From NCBI RefSeq assembly GCF_003018255.1, contig NZ_CP027440.1: 64,000 nucleotides of DNA, one strand, 5' to 3'. Positions 23,045 through 33,660 of this stretch are shown here, one piece after another (the stretch's first letter is position 1; each line of letters starts with the position of its first letter). The notes beneath the pieces are model-generated. The model made no database searches and was not told the origin of the DNA. It worked only from the letters and a program-made list of their open reading frames with translations. The position numbers and the translations under genes are program-made. Source of the DNA: Escherichia coli (lineage in GTDB: Bacteria; Pseudomonadota; Gammaproteobacteria; Enterobacterales; Enterobacteriaceae).

Positions 23045-25363
23045 TTACAACGTAATTGTCAGCGCATTCCCTTGAGGAGTCACCACCAGTCCCTGCTCAC
23101 TTTCAGCCTGCGAACCGCCTTGCAGACCATTTACTTTCACAATATTGCGCAAGCACAGTGTCCAGTTCTTCGCCTCGCCCGTACCAGTCACAGTAATCGT
23201 GTTGCCAGTACGTGCTGCTTTTAAAGTAAAGATCACCGAACCGTCAGCATCGGGCACTTCACAGACGGCTTCATGCCCGTCTTGCAGATTAAAGAGGTGG
23301 AATGCCGTACCTTCGTGCCACGCGTAATCGGGACGTTGATCGTTGTTGCCCAGCGCCAGTAGGGTGTTATCACGCACATAAACGGGCAGACTCAGGAAGC
23401 TGTGCTGCTGTTTATGCCAGCGACTACCGTCGAGTTCATCGTTGTGCCACAGGTGTGTCCAGCGACCTTCCGGCAGGTAGAACTGCACATCGCCCGCTTC
23501 TGTGAACACAGGCGCAACCATCACGTTGTCGCCTAACATATATTGACGGTCAAGGTAATCACAAGCCGGATCGTCCGGGAACTCCATCATCATGGCCCGC
23601 ATCATCGGCGTACCCCGGGCGTTTGCACGTGCAGCTTCACGATACAGATACGGCATCATGCGGCATTTCAGTTGCGTGAAGAAGCGCACCACATCACAGG
23701 ACTCATCATCGTAGGCCCACGGCACACGATAAGATTTGCTGCCATGTAAACGGCTATGGCTGGAAAGCAAACCAAACGCGCACCAGCGTTTGTAAACGTG
23801 CGCCGGAGCGGTATTTTCAAAGCCGCCGATATCGTGGCTCCAGAAGCCAAAACCTGAAAGGCCAATAGACAAACCACCGCGCAGGCTTTCCGCCATTGAT
23901 TCGTAGTTAGCGTAACAGTCACCACCCCAGTGTACCGGGAATTTCTGCGCACCGACGGAGGCCGAGCGGGCAAACAAGACGGCTTCTTCCTCACCAACGG
24001 TGTCCTTGAGCACGTTCCACACCAGTTCGTTGTAGATGTACGCATAATGGTTATGCATTTTCTGCGGCTCGGAACCATCAAACCATTGAACATCGGTTGG
24101 AATACGTTCGCCAAAGTCGGTCTTAAAGCAATCAACGCCCATCGCGACCAGACCTTTCAGTTTGTCGGCGTACCATTTGCAGGCATCCGGATTGGTAAAG
24201 TCATAAATCGCCAGACCTGGCTGCCATTTATCCCACTGCCATAACGAACCGTCCGGGCGTTTGAGTAAATAGCCTTTCTCTTGTAACTCTTTAAAGACAG
24301 GGGATTTTTGCCCGATATAGGGGTTAATCCAGACGCAGATTTTTAGCCCTTTCGCTTTCAGGCGGCGGATCATCCCTTCCGGGTCCGGGAAAGTCAGCGG
24401 GTCCCACTCAAAATCGCACCACTGGAAGGCTTTCATCCAGAAACAGTCAAAGTGGAAAACATGCAGTGGCAGATTGCGTTCCGCCATACCATCGATAAAG
24501 CTGTTTACCGTCGCTTCGTCGTAGTTGGTGGTAAATGAAGTGGTTAGCCACAGGCCGAAGGACCACGCGGGCGGCAGCGCCGGACGACCAGTAAAACGGG
24601 TATAACGATCAAGTACCGCTTTCGGCGTCGGGCCGTCGATAACAAAGTATTCGAGATATTCACTCTCAACGCTGAACTGCACTTTGGAGACTTTCTCCGA
24701 TCCCACTTCAAAAGAGACGCATTGAGGATGATTGACCAGTACCCCATAACCACGGTTAGTCATATAGAACGGAATATTTTTATACGCCTGTTCAGTACTT
24801 GTGCCGCCGTCCCGGTTCCAGGTCTCTACCGTCTGGCCATTGCGCACCAGTGCAGTAAAGCGCTCTCCCAGACCGTAAACTGTTTCGCCAACGCCAAGAT
24901 CCAGCCGCTCAAACATATAATTTCGTTGACTATTCGTGTCCTGCACGTAGCCATTATTTTTCACCTGACTACCGGTAATACGTTCGCCGTTGTGCAGAAA
25001 ATCCAGTGACCAGAACTCACCTTTGCTGACACGCGCGCTTAAGTTGCCACTTTTAAACTCAGCATAACGTTCTGTGTTTTCGATTGTGACCTTCACATCC
25101 TGCAAAATATTGAGCGGATAATGAGGACCGTTATTCAGCGCCCCCTGAAAATGCTCAATCCGTACACCAACAATACCTTCCTGTGGGGAGAAAAAGCGCA
25201 GCGTAAATAAAGGTGTATCAAGCTGCCAGGTACGTTCACGCACATCACGGGGGGCAGCATAGACCACCATTTCATTACCCTGCTGTTCAACCTCGAACAC
25301 CTGAAGCGGGTGAATCAAATTGAGGCCAGGTTGAATCAACCAGTTTCCGTCGCTAATTTTCAT
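23045..25363 (-). CDS. yicI: Alpha-xylosidase (GH31)
   Basis: 772 aa, matches YicI by length and synteny with yicJ. Confidence 0.9.
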   Translation of the reverse strand: MKISDGNWLIQPGLNLIHPLQVFEVEQQGNEMVVYAAPRDVRERTWQLDTPLFTLRFFSPQEGIVGVRIEHFQGALNNGPHYPLNILQDVKVTIENTERYAEFKSGNLSARVSKGEFWSLDFLHNGERITGSQVKNNGYVQDTNSQRNYMFERLDLGVGETVYGLGERFTALVRNGQTVETWNRDGGTSTEQAYKNIPFYMTNRGYGVLVNHPQCVSFEVGSEKVSKVQFSVESEYLEYFVIDGPTPKAVLDRYTRFTGRPALPPAWSFGLWLTTSFTTNYDEATVNSFIDGMAERNLPLHVFHFDCFWMKAFQWCDFEWDPLTFPDPEGMIRRLKAKGLKICVWINPYIGQKSPVFKELQEKGYLLKRPDGSLWQWDKWQPGLAIYDFTNPDACKWYADKLKGLVAMGVDCFKTDFGERIPTDVQWFDGSEPQKMHNHYAYIYNELVWNVLKDTVGEEEAVLFARSASVGAQKFPVHWGGDCYANYESMAESLRGGLSIGLSGFGFWSHDIGGFENTAPAHVYKRWCAFGLLSSHSRLHGSKSYRVPWAYDDESCDVVRFFTQLKCRMMPYLYREAARANARGTPMMRAMMMEFPDDPACDYLDRQYMLGDNVMVAPVFTEAGDVQFYLPEGRWTHLWHNDELDGSRWHKQQHSFLSLPVYVRDNTLLALGNNDQRPDYAWHEGTAFHLFNLQDGHEAVCEVPDADGSVIFTLKAARTGNTITVTGTGEAKNWTLCLRNIVKVNGLQGGSQAESEQGLVVTPQGNALTITL

Positions 25364-25372
25364 TGCCGTTCC

Positions 25373-26755
25373 TTAGTTCTGCACTTCTTGAGAGGTGAAT
25401 TGTTGCTGGCAACGGCGTTTGCCCTGAGCCAGCTGTTCCATAACGGTTTTCAGATTGTGCGTCGTGAGTGAGTAGTAGCGTTTAGCGATAATCGCGCTCA
25501 GCAAGTAACAGATCGCCGGAACAATCGTGAATAGCGCGATAATGATGCTAATCGTGGCGCTGTTCTGCGCTTTTTCTGCCGCATCATATCCGCCATAAGC
25601 CAGCATCCAGCCGATAAGAGCGCCGCCGAAGGCCAACCCCAGCTTGAGCACAAACAGCGTGCCAGCAAAACTGATCCCGGTCAGGCGTTTACCATTGCAC
25701 CACTCGCCGTAGTCGACGGTATCGGACATCATTACCCACTGGATAGGTGTCACCAGTTGATGCAACACACCAATCACGAAGATGAAGACAAACATAGTGA
25801 TGCTGGCCTGCATGGGAACAAAGAACATCGCGAGGCTAATCACTGCCAGCAGGGCGTTCGTCCACCAGAAGATAGTGACTTTACATTTCCAGTCGGTCAG
25901 CGGTTTCGCCAGTGCGGAACCAATCAGGTTACCCACGCAATAAGTGGTAAGAAAAGCGACAAACACTTCCGGCGTACCCAAAATCCATGTGACGTAATAC
26001 ATCATCGCCCCGCCGCGTACGCATACCGCCAGAATATTGAAAATGGTCAGGAAACCGACAATACGCCACTGGTCGTTTTGCCAGATATCACGTAAATCTT
26101 CCCGCATAGACGTCGTTGTAGGTGGTGCTTCAACGCGTTCTTTAGTGGTGAAGAAACAGAATGCCAGCATCATGAATGCCACCACGGAAAGGACCGCGAT
26201 ACCGCCCTGGAAACCGAGTGGTTTATTATCACCACCAATTAAATTAACCAGCGGCATCATCAGCACAGTAGAGAGCATGCCTCCCGCGGTCGCCAGCACA
26301 AAACGCCAGGATTGCAGCGAGATACGCTGAGTCGGGTCATTGGTGATTACACCACCCAATGCGCAGTAAGGGATATTAACGATGGTATAAAGTAAGGTAA
26401 GTAGGGTGTAAGTAATTGCTGCATAAATCATTTTTCCGTTCATACTGAGATCTGGCGTGCTATAGGCCAGTACACAGACGATCCCAAATGGCAGTGCGCC
26501 AAACAGTACCCACGGACGAAATTTACCCCAGCGAGAGCGCGTTCGATCGGCCAACAACCCCATGCAAGGATCGGAAATCGCATCCAGTGCACGAGCGACC
26601 AAAAACATGGTTCCGACAAATCCGGCAGGAATGCCAAAAATATCGGTATAAAAGAACATCGTATATAACATTACGTTATCGAAAATAATGTGGCTGGCGG
26701 CGTCTCCCATGCCATAACCAATTTTCTCTTTAACGGACAACACTTCACTCTTCAT
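25373..26755 (-). CDS. yicJ: GPH-family glycoside/cation symporter
   Basis: 460 aa from ATG 26755 (MKSEVLSVKEKIGYGMGDAAS…). Confidence 0.85.
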   Translation of the reverse strand: MKSEVLSVKEKIGYGMGDAASHIIFDNVMLYTMFFYTDIFGIPAGFVGTMFLVARALDAISDPCMGLLADRTRSRWGKFRPWVLFGALPFGIVCVLAYSTPDLSMNGKMIYAAITYTLLTLLYTIVNIPYCALGGVITNDPTQRISLQSWRFVLATAGGMLSTVLMMPLVNLIGGDNKPLGFQGGIAVLSVVAFMMLAFCFFTTKERVEAPPTTTSMREDLRDIWQNDQWRIVGFLTIFNILAVCVRGGAMMYYVTWILGTPEVFVAFLTTYCVGNLIGSALAKPLTDWKCKVTIFWWTNALLAVISLAMFFVPMQASITMFVFIFVIGVLHQLVTPIQWVMMSDTVDYGEWCNGKRLTGISFAGTLFVLKLGLAFGGALIGWMLAYGGYDAAEKAQNSATISIIIALFTIVPAICYLLSAIIAKRYYSLTTHNLKTVMEQLAQGKRRCQQQFTSQEVQN

Positions 26756-27047
26756 CTGCTTTTCCTTGATGCTATAGGGGTGCTGAGACCGATAACGCAT
26801 TTTGTAAACCATCCCTGCGAGAGCGAATATTCCGATATCTGGTTATTAATTTATGATTCTTGTTTTATGTGATCGTGGTAGCGTTAATTTCGCTCATATA
26901 TCATTGTAAAATATGAGTTTTATATGAACTATAATGTTTTCGTGATAATACGCTGCGTGTATTAGGCGGAAAAAACTGATCTGGGGGATGTAGAAACTCA
27001 AGGAAGTAGCTATAATGCGCCCCGCCTCCATGTAGCAATCGAGGCGC

Positions 27048-27142
27048 GGAAGATCGTCGTCTCCGGTGAGGCGGCTGGACTTCAAATCCAGTTGGGGCCG
27101 CCAGCGGTCCCGGGCAGGTTCGACTCCTGTGATCTTCCGCCA
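27048..27142 (+). tRNA. selC: tRNA-Sec (selenocysteine)
   Basis: 95 nt GGAAGATCGTCGTCTCCGGTGAGGCGGCTGGACTTCAAATCCAG…TCGACTCCTGTGATCTTCCGCCA with UCA anticodon; TATAAT at 27011-27016. Confidence 0.97.
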
Positions 27143-27194
27143 AAATGCCTCTTCTGAACTCTCCCGACGTCAACAACACTCCTTCGGAGGCGAC

Positions 27195-28232
27195 ATGTCA
27201 GACAAAGACTTAACCCAGCCCCCAGCAGGCGAGTTTATTATGTTTGCCAGCGGTGACGGAAGAGTGCGTGTTGAATGTCGCTTTGAGTCAGACACAATCT
27301 GGTTATCCCAGGCGGCAATGGCTGAACTGTACGATAAAGATGTTCGCACTATTAACGAACATTTAATCAATATATTTTCCGAAGGTGAACTTGTTCAAAA
27401 CTCAACCATCCGGAAATTCCGGATAGTTCGCCAGGAAGGAAAACGTCAGGTTTCCAGAGAGATAGACCATTACAACCTCGAAGCCATTCTCGCTGTCGGC
27501 TATCGCGTTCGCTCGCCTCGAGGCACGCAATTCCGCCAGTGGGCCACCCAGACGCTTCAGGAATACCTGATCAAAGGTTTTGTGATGGACGATGAGCGGC
27601 TGAAGAATCCGCCTGTCGGTTCATCGGTTGTGCCCGACTATTTTGATGAGATGCTTGAACGCATCCGCGATATTCGCGCCAGCGAGCGTCGGGTATATTT
27701 GCGGGTGCGGGAGATCTTTGCTTTAGCTGCCGACTATCAGCCATCACTAAAAGAAACCACGCAATTTTTTCAAACCATCCAGAATAAACTGCATTTTGCC
27801 TGTACCGGGCATACCGCTGCGGAACTCATCCACAAACGAGCAGATGCCAGCCAGCCGCACATGGGCTTGACCAGTTATAAAGGTGAAGAGGTACGTAAGG
27901 GCGACGTGACGGTGGCAAAAAATTATCTCACCCAGGATGAGGTCAGCGAACTTAATCGCGTGGTTAATATGTGGCTGGACTTTGCCGAGGATCAGGCCCG
28001 TCGTCGTCAGCAAGTCTTTTTGCGCGACTGGCAGGATAAGCTGGATCAGTTCCTGCAATTTAACGACCGAGAGGTTCTACAGGGCGCTGGTAAAATCAGC
28101 AAGAAAATGGCCGATGAAAAAGCGCAGGCGGAGTATGTTCAGTTTGCCGAACAACAACGGCGCTTAAAAGAAGCCGAAGGCGAGAAGGATATCGCTGGTT
28201 TGCTACAGTGGAATAAAGAGTCGAAAAAGTAG
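27195..28232 (+). CDS. RhuM-family protein (selC-islet cargo)
   Basis: 345 aa from ATG 27195 with GGAGG RBS; N-terminus …EFIMFASGDGRVRVECRFESDTIWLSQAAMAELY… is typical of RhuM family; track ORF starts at a GTG inside selC. Confidence 0.75.
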   Translation: MSDKDLTQPPAGEFIMFASGDGRVRVECRFESDTIWLSQAAMAELYDKDVRTINEHLINIFSEGELVQNSTIRKFRIVRQEGKRQVSREIDHYNLEAILAVGYRVRSPRGTQFRQWATQTLQEYLIKGFVMDDERLKNPPVGSSVVPDYFDEMLERIRDIRASERRVYLRVREIFALAADYQPSLKETTQFFQTIQNKLHFACTGHTAAELIHKRADASQPHMGLTSYKGEEVRKGDVTVAKNYLTQDEVSELNRVVNMWLDFAEDQARRRQQVFLRDWQDKLDQFLQFNDREVLQGAGKISKKMADEKAQAEYVQFAEQQRRLKEAEGEKDIAGLLQWNKESKK

Positions 28233-28338
28233 CCCGGAATCCCCCCAAACGCCATACGCAAAACCATTTGGGGGTACTTATGGGGTTACTCATTTATCAA
28301 ATTCAAAATATAAACATTAAATCAATAACTTAACCATC

Positions 28339-28375
28339 AAATGCGACTCCTGTGATCGCCAAAATGCCTCTTCAG
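28339..28375 (+). repeat. Imperfect direct repeat of the selC 3' end plus flank (att-like scar)
   Basis: gcgactcctgtgatcgccaaaatgcctcttcagtga matches 27121-27158 apart from a 3-bp gap and about 2 mismatches. Confidence 0.7.
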
Positions 28376-28439
28376 TGATCCCCATCCTGCTTATTTCTGA
28401 GCAACCTGACCCTGCTGATGTATCTGGTAGTATGACAGA

Positions 28440-28661
28440 GTGATTCGTTTTTCTTGCCGAGTGTACGAAAACGTCTTCCTTGCCACCGACTATCAACCGT
28501 CACTCAAAAAAACCTCTCTTTTTTTCAAGCTATCAAGAATAAGTTGCATTTTATCTGCACCGGACACCAGCCATCCATATATGGCTTTTACCTGCTACAA
28601 AGATGAAGAAGTGCATAAATGTGATGTTAAAACAATCAAAGAAAAATTACATGCGCAATAA
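28440..28661 (+). pseudogene. Internal fragment of a second rhuM-like gene
   Basis: …FLATDYQPSLKKTSLFF…YMAFTCYKDEEVHKCDVKTIKEKL aligns to residues about 170-250 of the intact copy at roughly 70% nucleotide identity; no start or N-terminal domain. Confidence 0.65.
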
Positions 28662-28801
28662 TTTCACTATAACATTATAATCCATGGTGAAAATAACACT
28701 GCACAAGGATTGTCATCATCAAACTCATCGGAACTATTTTTTCTGTCGTCATTGGTGTAATACTGATTGTAAGTATCCTTTCAGGAGATTATTTTTGCCG
28801 T

Positions 28802-29299
28802 GTGGGGCATGGAACTTGTAAAGCAGCCAAAAGCGCTAGGCATTTAATTGAAAGTAAAGAGAAAAACAGAAGTAGTCGCGTCAAAGTCTTTAGCACGCAT
28901 ATTAATTTGAGTCATCCAGCGGCATCCTGGCTAGCAACTCAAACTTGCGCTAACAATATATTCAATCTACTTCAAAACAATAATGCCATTTATTTATTCG
29001 AAAACGATAATAAAATTGAACTGCGAATGGGGTATGATTCTTTTTTTTCTATTGAAACGATTGATAAAATTAACAAAGAAAACATCAAAGAAATAAAACT
29101 AAAAAATGAGACAACATATGTTTCTCTTCCTAATCCAACCATTTTAATAACCACGACATCAACACCTGAACGACAGTTTTCTATTTCTGTTCTGGATGAT
29201 GATAACAAAGAAAATCTACCTACCGATACCGCACCTTGTTTTACAATTGGTATTCCTGATGAATATACTAAAGCCATAGAGTTATTGAACATTAAATAA
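28802..29299 (+). CDS. Hypothetical protein in AT-rich DNA, no recognisable family
   Basis: 165-codon ORF from GTG in very low-GC sequence; no clear RBS; first in-frame ATG at 29027. Confidence 0.3.
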   Translation: MGHGTCKAAKSARHLIESKEKNRSSRVKVFSTHINLSHPAASWLATQTCANNIFNLLQNNNAIYLFENDNKIELRMGYDSFFSIETIDKINKENIKEIKLKNETTYVSLPNPTILITTTSTPERQFSISVLDDDNKENLPTDTAPCFTIGIPDEYTKAIELLNIK

Positions 29300-29465
29300 T
29301 TAAATTTCATATTGAGTTTTTTTAAATACCATATGAATAATTGTTATATGTCATTATTTCCTCCATTCACTAAAACTGATTGATTACTCTACTCCCTCAC
29401 CGTCATCGGTAGTGGTATCCTTAACGTATATTGATGAAAAGACAAAACAGTATGCAGAGGGAAAA

Positions 29466-30389
29466 ATGGGTTCCACCAGAAAGGGGATGCTGAACGTTCT
29501 GATTGCCGCCGTGTTGTGGGGAAGTTCAGGGGTCTGCGCGCAATACATCATGGAGCAAAGCCAGATGTCGTCGCAGTTTTTGACTATGACGCGTTTGATA
29601 TTCGCCGGTTTGATTCTGCTGACGCTGTCATTTGTTCATGGCGATAAAATCTTTTCTATTATTAACAATCACAAAGATGCCATTAGTCTGCTGATTTTTT
29701 CCGTGGTTGGCGCGCTAACCGTACAGCTCACCTTTTTACTGACTATTGAAAAATCGAATGCTGCCACGGCAACGGTGCTGCAATTCCTCTCACCGACGAT
29801 TATCGTCGCCTGGTTCTCACTGGTGCGTAAATCGCGCCCGGGCATTCTGGTTTTTTGCGCTATTTTGACATCGCTGGTCGGGACTTTTTTATTGGTGACA
29901 CACGGTAATCCGACGTCATTATCGATCTCTCCTGCCGCGTTATTCTGGGGAATTGCCTCGGCATTTGCTGCGGCATTCTATACCACCTATCCCTCAACGC
30001 TGATTGCCCGCTATGGCACGTTGCCGGTCGTCGGCTGGAGTATGCTGATTGGCGGTCTGCTCCTGCTGCCTTTTTATGCCAGACAAGGGACAAACTTTGT
30101 CGTTAACGGCAGTTTGATTCTGGCGTTTTTTTATTTGGTGGTCATTGGTACGTCCCTGACATTTAGTCTGTACCTGAAAGGAGCACAATTAATTGGCGGT
30201 CCAAAGGCCAGCATTTTGAGCTGTGCAGAACCATTAAGTAGCGCGCTGCTCTCTTTGCTGTTGCTGGGGATCACATTCACATTACCGGACTGGCTGGGAA
30301 CGCTGCTGATTCTGTCATCAGTGATTTTGATTTCAATGGATTCCCGTCGCCGCGCCAGAAAAATAAATCGTCCGGCGCGGCATGAGTGA
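29466..30389 (+). CDS. yicL: EamA/DMT-family transporter
   Basis: 307 aa from ATG 29466, 10-TM-like hydropathy. Confidence 0.85.
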   Translation: MGSTRKGMLNVLIAAVLWGSSGVCAQYIMEQSQMSSQFLTMTRLIFAGLILLTLSFVHGDKIFSIINNHKDAISLLIFSVVGALTVQLTFLLTIEKSNAATATVLQFLSPTIIVAWFSLVRKSRPGILVFCAILTSLVGTFLLVTHGNPTSLSISPAALFWGIASAFAAAFYTTYPSTLIARYGTLPVVGWSMLIGGLLLLPFYARQGTNFVVNGSLILAFFYLVVIGTSLTFSLYLKGAQLIGGPKASILSCAEPLSSALLSLLLLGITFTLPDWLGTLLILSSVILISMDSRRRARKINRPARHE

Positions 30390-30392
30390 GAA

Positions 30393-31211
30393 TTACCAGC
30401 CAGGCACCGCGCCACCGTTAAAGATGGTTTCTGCCGCTTTAGCGACTTCGGATGATTGATAAGATTGCAGAAATTCCTTCACGTTTTCTGCATTCTTATT
30501 ATCTTCCCGTGCTACCAGAATGTTCACATACGGCGAATTTTTATCTTCAATAAATACGCTGTCGTGCACCGGAGAAAGTCCGGTCTGCTGAATGTAAGTG
30601 GTGCTGATAATCGCCACATCAACTTTGGGATCATCCAGTACGCGCGGGAGCTGCGCCCCCTCGAGTTCCATAATCTGCAAATGACGAGGATTATCGGTTA
30701 TATCCAGCGCGGTAGGTAATAACCCTTTTCCCTCTTTCAGAGTAATTAGCTTCTCTTTTTGCAACAGTAAAAGCGCACGACCAAGGTTGGTCGGGTCGTT
30801 GGGGATCGCCACTGTCGCGCCTTCTTTTATTTGCGCCACGGTTTTGATTTTTTTGGAATAACCCGCCATGGGGAAGACAAACGTATTTCCCACCGCTACC
30901 AGTTTATAACCATGCGCCTGATTATCTTGTTCAAGAAAGGGTCGATGCTGGAAGACGTTCGCATCAAGCTCGCCATGATTTGTCGCATCGTTCGGTAGCA
31001 ACGAACCGCTAAATCCTACCAGTTCAACATCGAGGCCATATTTCTCTTTTGCCACCTTTTTAGCGACTTCCGCGACATCTTGTTCTGCGCCATTAATAAC
31101 GCCCACTTTAATGTGCTTTTCATCGCTGCTGCTCTGGTCGCAACCTGCCAGCAGAATTCCTGCCAGTAATAATGCGGCCCCCGCCCGTAGATGATGTGTT
31201 GTCAGTTTCAC
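30393..31211 (-). CDS. nlpA: Lipoprotein 28 (methionine-binding lipoprotein family)
   Basis: 272 aa with lipobox LLAGC. Confidence 0.9.
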   Translation of the reverse strand: MKLTTHHLRAGAALLLAGILLAGCDQSSSDEKHIKVGVINGAEQDVAEVAKKVAKEKYGLDVELVGFSGSLLPNDATNHGELDANVFQHRPFLEQDNQAHGYKLVAVGNTFVFPMAGYSKKIKTVAQIKEGATVAIPNDPTNLGRALLLLQKEKLITLKEGKGLLPTALDITDNPRHLQIMELEGAQLPRVLDDPKVDVAIISTTYIQQTGLSPVHDSVFIEDKNSPYVNILVAREDNKNAENVKEFLQSYQSSEVAKAAETIFNGGAVPGW

Positions 31212-31420
31212 TTTTTTATCCTTTTTTTAATCGTTAACTGACTATAATGGCAAGATCACTACGATTTAAAAAACGAAAAGCTATCGAATAGAAGAAAAAG
31301 GTATATAAAACTGGCACTTCTTACTGACCACGCAAACACCTTTCGTACAGCATGATGAGAGCGGCAAAAGCAAACTACACTTATGCTTCATTCGATGCAC
31401 ATTTGCAGAAGGTTGCCGCT

Positions 31421-31714
31421 ATGAAGCCAACGATGCTACTCATGATTACCGTATTCCTGATTTTTCCAGCCATTTCTCAGGCCGAGTCGCCATTCAGTTC
31501 TCTACAGTCGGCAAAAGAGAAAACCACGGTATTGCAAGATTTACGTAAAATTTGCACGCCACAGGCGTCATTATCAGATGAAGCGTGGGAAAAGTTAATG
31601 TTGTCAGATGAAAACAATAAACAACATATACGCGAGGCCATCGTGGCGATGGAACGTAATAATCAGAGCAATTATTGGGAAGCGTTGGGTAAGGTAGAAT
31701 GCCCGGATATGTAA
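31421..31714 (+). CDS. yicS: Small secreted protein YicS
   Basis: 97 aa from ATG 31421 with signal peptide. Confidence 0.75.
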   Translation: MKPTMLLMITVFLIFPAISQAESPFSSLQSAKEKTTVLQDLRKICTPQASLSDEAWEKLMLSDENNKQHIREAIVAMERNNQSNYWEALGKVECPDM

Positions 31715-31754
31715 GAACGGCAACAACCACTGACCAACGCTTCTTTACCTGATA

Positions 31755-32945
31755 TCAGGATTTCTTCATTTTCACCTTTGCAGTCACCAACAATGCAGTC
31801 AGCAACATCAATGTGCCGGACAACATCAGCGGCGAAGTCAGACCAATGTTATCCAACACATAACCGCCGATTGCCGCACCGCAGGTGTTAGCAAGCTGAA
31901 TAACGGCCACCTGAATAGATCCAGCCTTTTCTGCCTGATCGGCCAATGAGCGAGTGATCCACGTTGACCAACCAACGGGAATTAAAGCAAAGGTCAGCCC
32001 CCAGATAATCGCCACACCAGTAGCAACAATTTTATCGCTTCCCCACAGCGTCAGTACCAGCGCGCTCAGGGCGAGCACAAACGGTGCGCCCGCTAAGGCC
32101 AGTTTCACCGAACGTTTGAGAATAAACGACGAAAGCGATGTCCCGACAAAGCTGGCGATACCAAAACTCAGCAGCACCAGGGTTAAGCCATCAACACCGA
32201 ATCCCGCCAGATTCATATACACTGGGCGAATATAAGTGAAAAAAGCAAACTGTCCGGCAAAGGACATAAAGATGGCGATCATCCCGGCCATCACTCCCGG
32301 ACGTTGTAATAAGCGGAAAGTATTTTGTTTCTGATGCGAAGGTTCACCTGGCAGCGAAGGCAGTGATTTGATAATCCAGAAAATACACAGCACGCCCATC
32401 GCCGCCGCCGCATTAAAGACATTGCGCCAACCGATAAGCTCGCCTAAAAAACTGCCCAACGGCGCAGCAATCACCAGCGCAATAGAAACCGCGCCGAAGA
32501 TCACCGACAGCGCCTTCGGCACCGTACGCGGCGGTACCAGACGCATGGTCAGCGACGCCGACATCGCCCAGAACCCGCCCAGCGCCAGCCCCAGACAGGC
32601 GCGACCGATTAACAGCAGACTGAATGAGTTGGCAAAGGAAACCAGCAAACAGGAAAGCGTCAGCAAAACGGCGAACAGAATGACAACGTAGCGGCGGTCA
32701 GTGGCCTGAATGGTCTGGGTAATAAACAAACTGGCAAACATCGCCACAAAGGCGGTCACGGTCACCGATTGGCCGGCAACCCCTTCCGAAATGCCTAAAT
32801 CCTGGGCCATTGGCGTCAACAAACTGACAGGCAAAAACTCAACGATAATCAGACAGGCGACGCAAAACGCCACCGAGAAAACGGCTGACCAGTTCGGTCG
32901 GGTGATGGCATTCGCGCCGCGGTTTTCAGCAATAAATTCACTCAT
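31755..32945 (-). CDS. nepI: Purine ribonucleoside efflux pump (MFS)
   Basis: 396 aa from ATG 32945 ([11 protein letters not shown]…). Confidence 0.85.
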   Translation of the reverse strand: MSEFIAENRGANAITRPNWSAVFSVAFCVACLIIVEFLPVSLLTPMAQDLGISEGVAGQSVTVTAFVAMFASLFITQTIQATDRRYVVILFAVLLTLSCLLVSFANSFSLLLIGRACLGLALGGFWAMSASLTMRLVPPRTVPKALSVIFGAVSIALVIAAPLGSFLGELIGWRNVFNAAAAMGVLCIFWIIKSLPSLPGEPSHQKQNTFRLLQRPGVMAGMIAIFMSFAGQFAFFTYIRPVYMNLAGFGVDGLTLVLLSFGIASFVGTSLSSFILKRSVKLALAGAPFVLALSALVLTLWGSDKIVATGVAIIWGLTFALIPVGWSTWITRSLADQAEKAGSIQVAVIQLANTCGAAIGGYVLDNIGLTSPLMLSGTLMLLTALLVTAKVKMKKS

Positions 32946-33081
32946 GGTGTTACCCGTGGCATGTTTCAGGGGAAAAGCCGACCAGTCTAACATTGAAATG
33001 TGTGATGCATTTAACGTTTTTGCAACTTTTACGATGTTGCTTGAGCTGGAGTTAAGATCGAAACGGAACAGGGCAAAGATT

Positions 33082-33150
33082 ACCGGATGCGGCATGAACG
33101 CCTTATCCACCCTACAGGTCAGGCGCGGTCTGTAGGCTGATAAGACGAAG
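33082..33150. repeat. REP/BIME-type repetitive extragenic palindrome
   Basis: CGGATGCGGCATGAACGCCTTATCC… and inverted partner …GCGCGGTCTGTAGGCTGATAAGACGAAGCG. Confidence 0.7.
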
Positions 33151-33155
33151 CGGTT

Positions 33156-33608
33156 TTAATGCAGCCAGTGAACGCCCTCGGCAGGCTGAAAGAACGCGTT
33201 ATAGCGCATCTGAAAAGCATTAATATCCTGCATTTCAGGTTCGGTTTCGCGCAGAAAACCCAGCGCCAGCCTGACCTGAGCATCGGTAATGGGAGCGGCA
33301 AGGCGGGCTTTTTGTAAAATCCGATGCCATTGCAGCAAGTTCTGTTCGCTACCATCGACAATGACAATTTGCCAGATGAGCAACACCTGCGCGGCGTTTT
33401 GCAGGTGCGACTCATCCGGACGATGCAAATAACGTAAAAATTCGTCACCGGCTGACTTTCCCATTTGATCGACCATCGACTCCACGGGTACGACATCGAT
33501 ATTCAGCCGATCGCTGAGACGGCGAATCGCTTTTCTGGCCCCGGATGTCAGCACCCGAAAACCAACCACAAACACTACCGCCAGCGTGGCGAGCATTATC
33601 CAGATCAT
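33156..33608 (-). CDS. yicN: Uncharacterised protein YicN
   Basis: 150 aa from ATG 33608, N-terminal TM segment. Confidence 0.75.
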   Translation of the reverse strand: MIWIMLATLAVVFVVGFRVLTSGARKAIRRLSDRLNIDVVPVESMVDQMGKSAGDEFLRYLHRPDESHLQNAAQVLLIWQIVIVDGSEQNLLQWHRILQKARLAAPITDAQVRLALGFLRETEPEMQDINAFQMRYNAFFQPAEGVHWLH

Positions 33609-33660
33609 GAGTTCTCCTGCGTAATCAGAACTCATGATATCTGGAAAACCTCGCCAGTTA

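Noticed and set aside
26894-27179. Minus-strand ORFs of 63 and 92 aa overlapping the selC promoter and tRNA
   Set aside because: They are antisense to a tRNA gene and its promoter, with no start signal; spurious.
27066-27194. N-terminal 43 codons of the track ORF 27066..28232 overlapping selC
   Set aside because: The ORF opens at a GTG inside the tRNA gene. The ATG at 27195 has a GGAGG RBS and gives a canonical RhuM-type N-terminus, so the extension is an artefact of longest-ORF calling.
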